From an uncultured Gammaproteobacteria bacterium (GTDB lineage Bacteria > Patescibacteriota > Microgenomatia > Woykebacterales > RBG-16-39-9b), in NCBI GenBank assembly GCA_965231125.1, contig OZ246414.1, positions 81,739 to 145,738 on the forward strand: 64,000 bases of DNA. Reading direction: 5' to 3'. The position numbers and the translations under genes were made by a program. Positions within the stretch are counted from its first letter, which is position 1. Every line of letters starts with the position of its first letter. The notes beneath the pieces are model-generated. The model was not told the DNA's origin. It saw only the letters and a list, made by a program, of their open reading frames with translations, and ran no database searches. Shown piece by piece: positions 10,052 through 18,259 of this stretch.

Positions 10052-10215
10052 ACATCGACGATCGGTACGTAAGCGCTCCTTTCCTTCCTTTCCGGTCGGA
10101 ACTGAGGCGCTCTAGCTAACTACTTAACCCGCTGGTTATTAAGTAGTTCAGTAACCAAGAACCAGCAAGTTTTCATCAGGACGTCCTGGCCCGACCACCA
10201 ACCTCGTCCTGTCTC

Positions 10216-10256
10216 AGCCCACCTTGTGTTTTCACCAGGTGGGCTTTACTTTTTTA
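10216..10256 (+). terminator. terminator hairpin closing the GC-rich insert (overlaps the Nudix stop)
   Basis: agcccacct / aggtgggct 9-bp stem followed by ttactttttt. Confidence 0.55.
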
Positions 10257-10716
10257 ATAACTCTCTTGCTTTTCGGAAAATTTCTTTATCACTTTTGAAG
10301 GAGAGGGTTCCTTCAACCTCATCGCTTGGTATCCACTGCGCGTCTTCCATTTCCCAATCGTGATCCGCTGGATCACCGGACAAATATTCCATCAGAAAAT
10401 ACGTAACTTTTTTCTTAACTAGCTGGCCTTCGAGTTTGTAGAAATATTCTATTGGTGAGAATTCTTGGACTATCTTTGCTTCCACTCCGCCTTCTTCTTT
10501 TACTTCGCGGACGGCAGTTGTTTGTCTGTCTTCGCCCGGATCAATAAGACCTTTGGGAAAAACCCAACCGTGGTGTTGGGAATGCTTTGTAAGGAGAATA
10601 TGAATTTGACTGTCCTCTTTTTTTAGTCCGGCTGGACGCAAGCTCCGCTTTAGTCGAGGACGTAAGCTCCGCTTATAGACAATGCCGCCAGCGCTTTTTT
10701 CAAATTTAAGAGCCAT
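10246..10716 (-). CDS. Nudix hydrolase
   Basis: Nudix box GLIDPGEDRQTTAVREVKEEGGVEA. Carries an N-terminal repeat-encoded insert KRSLRPRLKRSLRPAGLKK. Confidence 0.85.
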   Translation of the reverse strand: MALKFEKSAGGIVYKRSLRPRLKRSLRPAGLKKEDSQIHILLTKHSQHHGWVFPKGLIDPGEDRQTTAVREVKEEGGVEAKIVQEFSPIEYFYKLEGQLVKKKVTYFLMEYLSGDPADHDWEMEDAQWIPSDEVEGTLSFKSDKEIFRKARELLKK

Positions 10717-10783
10717 GTTTTTGCCTTTCAGCTTACTCTCTGGTAAAATTATACGCGTTTTTGAGGTAAAAAAGTAAATTCTT

Positions 10784-10859
10784 GCCCCCGTAGCTCAGTG
10801 GATAGAGCGCAACGTTGCGGACGTTGAGGCCGGAGGTTCGAATCCTCTCGGGGGCACCA
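10784..10859 (+). tRNA. tRNA-Arg (anticodon GCG)
   Basis: gcccccg ta gctc agtggata gagc g caacg tt-GCG-ga cgttg ... ggttcgaatcc ... cgggggc a cca. Confidence 0.85.
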
Positions 10860-10860
10860 T

Positions 10861-10950
10861 GGAGGGATGCCGGAGTGGTTTAACGGCCAGGTCTCGAAAA
10901 CCTTGGGTCCCGTAAGGGGCACGGAGGTTCAAATCCTCCTCCCTCCGCCA
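10861..10950 (+). tRNA. tRNA-Ser (anticodon CGA)
   Basis: ggagggatgccggagtgg..., anticodon loop ct-CGA-aa, long variable arm, encoded CCA. Confidence 0.9.
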
Positions 10951-10958
10951 CTAATATT

Positions 10959-11029
10959 GTCCCAGTAGCTCAGTGGAAAGATCGCTACGCGCTCTGCGAC
11001 CACTTCGTAGTCTAAAAGCGCAAAAACAT
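10959..11029 (+). pseudogene. tRNA-like 5' fragment fused to the dispersed repeat (not a functional tRNA)
   Basis: gtcccagtagctcagtggaaagatcgc mimics the acceptor and D-arm of the adjacent tRNA-Arg(CCG) (gtccctgtggctcaatggatagagcac). It continues as acgcgctctgcgacc... with no T-arm. Confidence 0.45.
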
Positions 11030-11105
11030 GTCCCTGTGGCTCAATGGATAGAGCACCAGTTTCCGGAACTGGGGATTGAGAGTTCGAATCTCTCCAGGGA
11101 CACCA
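11030..11105 (+). tRNA. tRNA-Arg (anticodon CCG)
   Basis: gtccctg tg gctc aatggata gagc a ccagt tt-CCG-ga actgg ... gagagttcgaatctctc cagggac a cca. Confidence 0.9.
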
Positions 11106-11123
11106 CTACCTTCTTAATATCAT

Positions 11124-11762
11124 TTAGCTGGCCATTTTGTGGAATAATTTTGAAAGGGTTTCGCCCAGACTGTCCATCCAAGAAGTTTTTGGAACTTCGC
11201 GGTAGGGCAAATATCTAAGCAGCGCGGATTTAACTTTTTCTTTTTCTTTGGGGTCAATAATCATTATTAACCTAGCTGGAAAATTTACTAAAGTGTCTAT
11301 GTTAAGGACGGTTGACCCGTGTTTTTCGGTAAACCAAAAATCATAAAGTTCTTCCCAAAGATAGTTGTGAGTGCCCGTGATAATACCTTGATTGGTAATT
11401 TTATGATTAAGGTTATCTGGTGGAACGGAAGCCAAAACGTAAGCTAAAAAGGCTATCGCCAAAACGGGCGCAATTATGAAAAACTCCCTAACAAAAACCA
11501 GAATTAGAATAATTAAAATTGTCAGCAAGACAACGTACATAAGCCATTTTTTCCCTCGCGGAATAAAAACGTGGGCGGGGGAGGCCCACTCATACAAGGT
11601 TTTTACCTCAAACTCGCCCTCTCCCTCCTGACCTTCAAGTTCAGCTATTTTTGAGTGAAGACTATCAAGTTGTTCTTTTAACCCTGCGATTTGGTTTTCT
11701 TTGCCAGCTTGAGGGTTTGGAGAAGGGTTTCTCTTAAAAAACCGTTTTTGAGCAGACGCCAT
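11124..11762 (-). CDS. membrane protein (2 TM, unknown function)
   Basis: 212 aa. N-terminal coiled segment, a hydrophobic hairpin, then a soluble C-terminal domain. Confidence 0.5.
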   Translation of the reverse strand: MASAQKRFFKRNPSPNPQAGKENQIAGLKEQLDSLHSKIAELEGQEGEGEFEVKTLYEWASPAHVFIPRGKKWLMYVVLLTILIILILVFVREFFIIAPVLAIAFLAYVLASVPPDNLNHKITNQGIITGTHNYLWEELYDFWFTEKHGSTVLNIDTLVNFPARLIMIIDPKEKEKVKSALLRYLPYREVPKTSWMDSLGETLSKLFHKMAS

Positions 11763-11845
11763 ATATTTTTATGATACTACTAAATTTGCGCTTTTCCAAG
11801 AGCCGTTGAATTTAACCAGCCTTTTTGTTAGAATTTGCACACTCT

Positions 11846-11935
11846 GGAGGGGTCGCATAGCTGGTCCATTGCACGGGTTTGCTAAACCCGCGAGCCTTTT
11901 GGCTCACGTGGGTTCGAATCCCACCCCCTCCGCCA
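11846..11935 (+). tRNA. tRNA-Ser (anticodon GCT)
   Basis: ggaggggtcgcatagctgg..., anticodon loop tt-GCT-aa, long variable arm, CCA. Confidence 0.9.
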
Positions 11936-12025
11936 GGAGAGGTGGCCGAGTGGTTTAAGGCGACGGTCTTGAAAACCGTTTCCCGAGTAATCGGGACGGG
12001 GGTTCGAATCCCTCCCTCTCCGCCA
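11936..12025 (+). tRNA. tRNA-Ser (anticodon TGA)
   Basis: ggagaggtggccgagtgg..., anticodon loop ct-TGA-aa, long variable arm, CCA. Directly abuts the previous tRNA. Confidence 0.9.
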
Positions 12026-12035
12026 GCTTTATCCT

Positions 12036-12704
12036 TTATCTAGATCTAGCCAGAGTTAATCCCCAAACTTTTTCGGCGCCGGCCCTCTTCAAAACTGTCG
12101 CGCAGTTTTTTAAAGTGGCCCCAGAAGTCCAAACGTCATCAAAAAGTAAAAAACCTTCTCCCCGAACAGAGTCTTTATCGATGCACTCGAAAGCCTCTTT
12201 CACATTTTCTTTTCTTTTTTCGCGAGACAAATTAACCTGCGCCCTTGTGGCTTTTTCTCTTTTTAAAATTCCTGTTTTTAACTTCAGTTTTAATTTTTCG
12301 GCCAAAAAACTTGCTAGAAGTTCTGACTGATTAAAATCTCGCCATCTTTGTCTTCCTCCATGTAAAGGTATCGGCGTTAGATAAAATTTTTCAAGAAAGC
12401 TTGGCAATTTAGGGTTTACGTACTCAACCAAACTTTCGGCTAAATCTTTAACAAACTTATATTTTAATTTATACAAGGCTTGGGGGATTGGGTCCGAGTA
12501 ATAAACCAAGCAGTAGAGGCCGTTCAAAGCCAGTCTCGTTTGACATTTTGGGTGGGTTGTACCAAGAATTGAGGCTCTTCCGCAAACGGGGCACGTATGG
12601 TTTGTAACGAACTGAATATTTTTCCGACACTGCCGGCAAATATAAAAACCAAGCTTGCCGCAACCCACACATGTTTTCGGAAAAACTAAATCCAATAGCC
12701 CCAT
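12036..12704 (-). CDS. comF: ComF family protein (phosphoribosyltransferase domain)
   Basis: N-terminal Zn-finger CVGCG..C..C...CPVCG and PRTase motif LLFDDVWTSGATL. Start moved to ATG 12704 because the longer ORF overlaps the tmRNA terminator. Confidence 0.75.
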   Translation of the reverse strand: MGLLDLVFPKTCVGCGKLGFYICRQCRKNIQFVTNHTCPVCGRASILGTTHPKCQTRLALNGLYCLVYYSDPIPQALYKLKYKFVKDLAESLVEYVNPKLPSFLEKFYLTPIPLHGGRQRWRDFNQSELLASFLAEKLKLKLKTGILKREKATRAQVNLSREKRKENVKEAFECIDKDSVRGEGFLLFDDVWTSGATLKNCATVLKRAGAEKVWGLTLARSR

Positions 12705-12749
12705 AAATATAGGTACACAAAAACCCACCTTTTAAGTGGGTTTTTGTGG

Positions 12750-13112
12750 TGGTGGAGATGATGGGTATTGCACCCATGTCCGTGAAAGAATGATAACCAG
12801 ATACTACAAGCTTAGCTAACCTTAATCTCCTTTGGCTCCTACCGGTTAGCAGGATCAGTACCAAAGCAGGTTGTTGATAAGTTCTGAGTAGATTTAGGTT
12901 ACCAACCTAAAAATAATCGTCTTGGCTCCTGTTGCACTCTTAGGGCTTCACCAAGATAAAGCTTAAAAGAGCGCTCGATTACGCGAAAGCGAGTCGAGAT
13001 GAAAATGCCTTGTTGGCATTTACGAATTTGCCTGCAGATTTAACGGCTTCTAACAAGCTTATGCCGGCTTGCATCTAACTCACCAGTCTCACCGTCGAAA
13101 TTAGACATCCCC
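12750..13112 (-). ncRNA. ssrA: tmRNA (ssrA)
   Basis: 5' ggggatgtctaatttcgacgg, 3' T-arm plus catctccacca with a G3:U pair. Tag ORF GCC AAC AAG ... TAA (13017-12979) encodes ANKAFSSRLAFA. Adjacent to smpB. Confidence 0.85.
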
Positions 13113-13145
13113 ATGCTAGCCACTAGACTCTAGCGACTAGGATTC

Positions 13146-13610
13146 TTAATTAGATTGTTTTTGTGCTTTTAATTTTGTCTCGCGAAGAATAGACTCGGCT
13201 TCTCTGTCCAAAGCCCTCTTCTTTAGGGCCTCTCGTTTATCTACTTTCTTTTTGGCCCGAGCCAGAGCAACCTCTACCTTCACCAGATTATGCTTAGTAT
13301 ACACCTTTATAGGCACAATTGTCAAGGAGGAGGTGGTTAGCTTGCCAGCTAGGTGATCTATCTCGTCCCGACGCAAAAGGAGCTTGCGCTTCCTTCTCGG
13401 GTCATAAGAAGGGTCAATTGCAAGTTTGTACGGTGATATATAGGCATTAATTAAAAACGCTTCGGCTCCATCAATTCTCACGTAAGAATCTGCAAGAGTC
13501 GCACTACCTTCTTTTAGAGACTTTACTTCGGCTCCAGAAAGCGCCATTCCCGCCTCAAATTTTTCGTAAAGAAGATAGTTGTAACGCGCCTTTTTATTTA
13601 CTACGCTCAT
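13146..13610 (-). CDS. smpB: SsrA-binding protein SmpB
   Basis: 154 aa: NKKARYNYLL..FEAGMALSGAEVKSL...YDPRRKRKLLL. Confidence 0.95.
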   Translation of the reverse strand: MSVVNKKARYNYLLYEKFEAGMALSGAEVKSLKEGSATLADSYVRIDGAEAFLINAYISPYKLAIDPSYDPRRKRKLLLRRDEIDHLAGKLTTSSLTIVPIKVYTKHNLVKVEVALARAKKKVDKREALKKRALDREAESILRETKLKAQKQSN

Positions 13611-15517
13611 TTATAGTTAAAAACTTTTATGTTGCTGCCGATAGCAGCGTAAATCTTTTTATGTGTTTCGTCCACCGTGAAACTAGACGCGTTACCTAGA
13701 TCATCAGATTTATATTGCGAAACGTAATTTCCACTTTTGGCTAAAATTACAATCCGTTTTCCACCTTTATCCAGAACAAAAATATTGTTACTACTTGCGC
13801 TTGTGTATAGACCGGCGATTTCTCCAAAAGGAGTGTCCAACCCGTTTATTTCAAAATTTTGTTTTTTCCCGGTCAAGAAGTTAAGCAGCGCTCCATTTTT
13901 ACTTCCAATCCAAACTGAACCGTCAATCGCTATCGCCGAAGAAGTGCCTAAATCTGGATTTCCCCGAAAATAGTTCTGGGGCGCTGAAAGACTTGTACCA
14001 TTTCCTAGGTATTTCCAAACCTGTTTCTTTTCTTGATCAAGTAAATAAAGGTTACTTTGATAAGTAGCGGCGCCCACAATTTTCCCCCAACCTGAACTGG
14101 CTCCGGCAAGATTGGTTGTGGTTCCAGAACCTAGGTCCAACTTTTCAATACTGAGGGCTGTCTGAAGATAAAGTACGTTTTCGAAAGAAGCGACTGTATT
14201 TAAACCGACTTTCCTACCCACTTCTTTTTCTTCTTTGGTAGAAAGGTCAACTGCAAATAGTCTCGATTGATTTCTGTCCAAGGCCACCAATGTATTTCCC
14301 ACCACAAGCAAGGTAGATAAATTTGTATCTGAACTAAAGGAGTAAAAACTCCCAAGAGTTGTCTGATAAGCTTTGTTGACGGCTTTTTCCAAAGATTCAA
14401 AACGGGCTTGGAGAGAGTTCAACTTGTTGCTTTTAATTTCCGTTTCTTGCGCCTTTCCCAAATCCTCCCGAATTTGGGCGAGTGTCTTTTTTGCCCCCGT
14501 CGGATCTATAGAATTGAGACTCTCGGCATCAGAGATCTCCGCTTCTATAGAAGCGAGTTTTTTATTAAATTCGGCTACTTTCGCCGAGTTTGTCCGGTGA
14601 ACAAGCGCTCCCGCAATACTTAGTACCAAGAGAATAATTAAAACGCCGGCTATTTGAATCGATCTCGCTCTACGCCTTTTTGCTGGGTCTTCAATATGGC
14701 CAAGTTCACGGGCTTTCCAAGGCTCGGCTATTTTGTTCCACACCCAATTTAAAATTTTTAGTGCTTCATTTCGCAAAGACCCAACTGCGGGTTTTAACTG
14801 GCTTGTTATCAAAGATGCCGCTTGTGCCGAGCCGGATCTTAGATTTTCTATTAATGAGCCTATCTCAAATTTACTAGTGTCCCTAGCCTCAATTACCTCA
14901 CTGCTTTTATCTTGGTGTTCTTCAAGGTAAATTTTAAACGCCAAGGCAGCTGCTCCCTCTGCACTACTTACTTGCTCCTCAACTTCGTTAAGATATTCTC
15001 GAAACTCAGTTTTGTCTTGGGAAAACTTTTCGATCTCAACTGATTCTAAAAATTTCTTGTTAGTTAAAAATACTATGTCGCCTTCTTTTACTGACCCTGA
15101 AGCAGTTTTTTCAAATTTAAGAACTTTAAAGGCGTCACCCCTTTGAAAAACTACTTCCGTTCCAGCGGTCTTGACTAAGTACAAAACTTCACCCCACAAA
15201 ACGGCGGCGACAACGTTTATTAGCGAAGGGGCGGATGAATCCTGCTCGACAGACTTTAAGGAGTGCGCGAGAGCCCCCTCAAGCGTCGCTAGATTACTTC
15301 CGACGGAGCTGGCGTAATAAGCTTCCTGAAAGCTTTGGCAAAAGCTCTGGGCGAGTCTCTGTGCCATATCTGCTTGAACAGTAACTAATATGAAAAGGGT
15401 GCCCTTTGTGCTCCTCAACTCTTCCGTCTCAGGAGAAAATTGATGCGTAGTTGAAAAGCCTCCTTTTATTTCCTTACCTTTTATTCCCGCTGCTTGGGTG
15501 GAAAGTATCCTCGTCAT
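13607..15517 (-). CDS. large hypothetical protein with central TM segment and beta-rich C-terminal domain
   Basis: 636 aa. TM at IAGVLIILLVLSIAGALV. The C-terminal half has repetitive beta-strand-like periodicity. No family recognised. Confidence 0.5.
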   Translation of the reverse strand: MTRILSTQAAGIKGKEIKGGFSTTHQFSPETEELRSTKGTLFILVTVQADMAQRLAQSFCQSFQEAYYASSVGSNLATLEGALAHSLKSVEQDSSAPSLINVVAAVLWGEVLYLVKTAGTEVVFQRGDAFKVLKFEKTASGSVKEGDIVFLTNKKFLESVEIEKFSQDKTEFREYLNEVEEQVSSAEGAAALAFKIYLEEHQDKSSEVIEARDTSKFEIGSLIENLRSGSAQAASLITSQLKPAVGSLRNEALKILNWVWNKIAEPWKARELGHIEDPAKRRRARSIQIAGVLIILLVLSIAGALVHRTNSAKVAEFNKKLASIEAEISDAESLNSIDPTGAKKTLAQIREDLGKAQETEIKSNKLNSLQARFESLEKAVNKAYQTTLGSFYSFSSDTNLSTLLVVGNTLVALDRNQSRLFAVDLSTKEEKEVGRKVGLNTVASFENVLYLQTALSIEKLDLGSGTTTNLAGASSGWGKIVGAATYQSNLYLLDQEKKQVWKYLGNGTSLSAPQNYFRGNPDLGTSSAIAIDGSVWIGSKNGALLNFLTGKKQNFEINGLDTPFGEIAGLYTSASSNNIFVLDKGGKRIVILAKSGNYVSQYKSDDLGNASSFTVDETHKKIYAAIGSNIKVFNYK

Positions 15518-15750
15518 ACTTTGAAAATTTTCAATAAAGAGACTACTAAAACTGCAGTCCCGGCCACAAATTGGGCTAAGGCTAGAATTTTAAGAAGGTG
15601 GTTAGCATTGCGATCAACCACCGAGCACATTACGTTTACTTGTTTTATTACCAAAGCGGAGAAAAAAACATACCCAACTAAAAAGACGATCGTAACCAAA
15701 CTAACTATAAGGTCGATCGAGGCCGGAATAGTAAGATTTCCTACTTGCAT
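15514..15750 (-). CDS. small 2-TM membrane protein
   Basis: 78 aa, translationally coupled (4-nt overlap) to the downstream gene. Confidence 0.45.
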   Translation of the reverse strand: MQVGNLTIPASIDLIVSLVTIVFLVGYVFFSALVIKQVNVMCSVVDRNANHLLKILALAQFVAGTAVLVVSLLKIFKV

Positions 15751-15751
15751 A

Positions 15752-16321
15752 TCAGTTTAACCCTCCGCGTTTTCTCTTTTGACTCAGCAAATTTATTATT
15801 GTTTTCTGAACCAAGTTTGGGTTTGGAATAGCCGTAAACTCAAAACTAGGATTTTCACCGGCGGTCTCAATCACCAAATCCCCATAATTAAATAGAAGCT
15901 GGGCTACCCCGCCCCTTTTTTGAGTTACATCTTGAATGTTATCGATCGTTGTAGACGATATTTGCTTATAAAAAAGGTTAAAAAAATCAACGTCGACTAT
16001 TCTTTTATTAGTCACGATATAAACATTAAAAAACCAAACAAGAAACCTTTGGAATGCAAAGGCAAAAACAAATAAATACCAAGATACAATAAGTATAAGT
16101 TGGGTGCTGGCTGTCAAATTGAAACCTTTAAAGGTGTTGTCTCCCGTAAACACCAGTTTTAACGCTGGTGGAATTAAAATAAGGATGGCCGTTAAAACAA
16201 TCCACCAAAAGTTTGTAAAAAAATGCGCCCGGGAAAAAACAACCACCTCTTCATCATCCGCTTGGGTTTCAAAATGAGGCAGTTTCTTGGCTTCTGTATC
16301 TTCGCTGGCGGCCGCGCTCAT
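15752..16321 (-). CDS. membrane protein with bacterial PH (bPH_2/YdbS-like) domain
   Basis: 189 aa. Two TM segments followed by YIVTNKRIVDVDF...GDLVIETAG. Confidence 0.55.
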   Translation of the reverse strand: MSAAASEDTEAKKLPHFETQADDEEVVVFSRAHFFTNFWWIVLTAILILIPPALKLVFTGDNTFKGFNLTASTQLILIVSWYLFVFAFAFQRFLVWFFNVYIVTNKRIVDVDFFNLFYKQISSTTIDNIQDVTQKRGGVAQLLFNYGDLVIETAGENPSFEFTAIPNPNLVQKTIINLLSQKRKRGGLN

Positions 16322-16367
16322 TGCTTTATTCTAGCGATCGGCGCTGAATCGGTCAACAACTACAGTG

Positions 16368-18122
16368 CTATTTTATTACCACGTCAAAAAGGTTAGTTGT
16401 TAAAGAAAGGGTCCCGGGCGATCGCACGTGATAAATGGAACTGAAGAAAGAAGCGCCAAAAGTTTTTCCGGAAGGGTATTTAGAGCTGACAAAGGTCACC
16501 GATGAGGTGTGCCCTCTATTATCATAGCCGATAAATATACCACTATCATCAAGATTCCCAACGTCTTTTACACCCCGTGTATTTAGTTCGCTGATAACTT
16601 TACTACTACCCCAGCCAGCCGGGCCCAAACACCCATCGGTCGGTGAAAGGTGTTGATTGTAGCTACTGGATACTTGGGAAAGTAACGCCGCGTTGAAAAT
16701 ATCGGTAACCTGCGCCTTCGCTAGCCAAGGGAAATAGCTTCCACCGCAGCGGGAATTGCCCCACGCTTTATGAAACCATGGGGAAGATTTGTCATAAGCC
16801 CCCTTTGGCCAGCTACCGGAATAATCCTTAATACCGATAGCATAAGGTACGTTTGACCCCCAAACTTCTTGCGCCGACAACGTGTAGCCGCCAGCGGTTG
16901 AGGCGTACCAAGCCGTTATTGGTGAACCGCCGTAAGTAATAACAACTCCTTTAGTTGCTTTAACTGCACTGCACCAACGTGCGTTATAGGTACCGCTACA
17001 ATTGGCGTTGCTGGCATTATAAACTTGACAAGCCTGCGTTGTGCAAATTGCCGATCCTGGATTATTATTTAGCCAATTTAGGGCGTACGTGCGGGCGGCC
17101 ACTGCTTGGGCTTTTAAAGCCCCGCTCGGCCAGCTTCTTGGCATTTCGGAAATTCCCAGCAAATATTTATCTTCAAAGGAAATGGACCCGTAACCGGCAA
17201 CATTAATTTTAGACGGCACGGAATATTTTCCAACTGAAACTCCGGAATAGTACGCTTTCAAAATGGCTAAGTAGCTTTGTCCAGCAGCCGCGCGACCGTA
17301 AGCGCCGTATTGATTCATCCCAACTCGGTGCGGATAACCGTAGGAGGCAAATGCATAGGCTGGAGAAAACCCTGCGTTCGGCAGCGGTGTAGATGGTGGT
17401 GCTTGGTCCCCAATAGTTTGGTTTTCTTTGGCAGCGGCCAATTTCTTCGCAATTAGCTCTTTTTGTTTTTCTGTTAAGTTTTTCAAGTTGGAATTTATCT
17501 GGGCGAGTTTGCCTTGCAGGGCATTTTGTTGGTTGTTGACATAGTAATATTGAGAGGTAGTAGCGGCTAGTTGACTTGCAATTCTGGCGGCCGCCGTCTC
17601 TAAATCCTTTTTATCCAAGGCAATTTGGGCACGGGTTTCTTCGGCTAGTGCGATTTCTTTGTTCACATCTTTGATCAAATCCTCACTTTCACCTACAACC
17701 TTTTCCTGATAAACGGAAAGGGCAGTAAAATTCTGGAAATCGGCGCTTGCTAAGAAAAGCTCGAGCCCGGCGTTCGGCGGGTTCATGTAAAGGGCTCTTA
17801 TTTGTTCGTCTCTAATTTTAGTAAGGAAAGCTAAAGTCTCCTTTTTCTGGGAAAGATCCTTTTCGATCCTTTCCAAACTTTTCCGCACAGAAGCTACTTT
17901 CTTATTAGCTGCGGCCAACTGCGCTTGGGTTCCATAAATTGTGTTGGAAAGATAGGTTATATCTTTCCTTATTTGAGAGAGATCTGCCTGAGTTTGAGAA
18001 TAATCAGATTTGTTTTTATCAATGCCCTTCTGAACATCAAGCAGATCATCCGCTTTTACACGGGAAATGAAGGCACTGAATATCAGTAAACCGAAGAAAG
18101 AAATTAGGACAGCCTTTTTCAT
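16368..18122 (-). CDS. secreted coiled-coil protein with SpoIID/LytB-like peptidoglycan-remodelling domain
   Basis: 584 aa. Signal peptide, a coiled coil of about 230 aa, then ALKAQAVAARTYAL...WYASTAGGYT typical of SpoIID-like domains. Confidence 0.65.
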   Translation of the reverse strand: MKKAVLISFFGLLIFSAFISRVKADDLLDVQKGIDKNKSDYSQTQADLSQIRKDITYLSNTIYGTQAQLAAANKKVASVRKSLERIEKDLSQKKETLAFLTKIRDEQIRALYMNPPNAGLELFLASADFQNFTALSVYQEKVVGESEDLIKDVNKEIALAEETRAQIALDKKDLETAAARIASQLAATTSQYYYVNNQQNALQGKLAQINSNLKNLTEKQKELIAKKLAAAKENQTIGDQAPPSTPLPNAGFSPAYAFASYGYPHRVGMNQYGAYGRAAAGQSYLAILKAYYSGVSVGKYSVPSKINVAGYGSISFEDKYLLGISEMPRSWPSGALKAQAVAARTYALNWLNNNPGSAICTTQACQVYNASNANCSGTYNARWCSAVKATKGVVITYGGSPITAWYASTAGGYTLSAQEVWGSNVPYAIGIKDYSGSWPKGAYDKSSPWFHKAWGNSRCGGSYFPWLAKAQVTDIFNAALLSQVSSSYNQHLSPTDGCLGPAGWGSSKVISELNTRGVKDVGNLDDSGIFIGYDNRGHTSSVTFVSSKYPSGKTFGASFFSSIYHVRSPGTLSLTTNLFDVVIK

Positions 18123-18223
18123 GGACTAATTATACTTCAACCCAAAGAGAACTCAAAATTTCCAGGGCTAATTTCTATTTCCCAACTTGTCTCTTGTCAC
18201 TTGTTACTTACTGGCTGATAAGT

Positions 18224-18252
18224 TTGACAACCCCTACCAAACCAGCTACGAT
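18224..18252 (+). promoter_or_regulatory. TTGACA-N17-TACGAT promoter, -10 ends 7 nt before the ATG (leaderless-type)
   Basis: TTGACA 18224-18229, TACGAT 18247-18252, ATG 18260, no SD. Confidence 0.5.
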
Positions 18253-18259
18253 TAAGCTA

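Noticed and set aside
10973-11218. 81-aa ORF MERSLRALRPLRSLKAQKH...
   Set aside because: It is read across the pseudo-tRNA/repeat and the tRNA-Arg(CCG) gene, so it is spurious. It is informative only because it shows the same RSLRALRP reading of the repeat.
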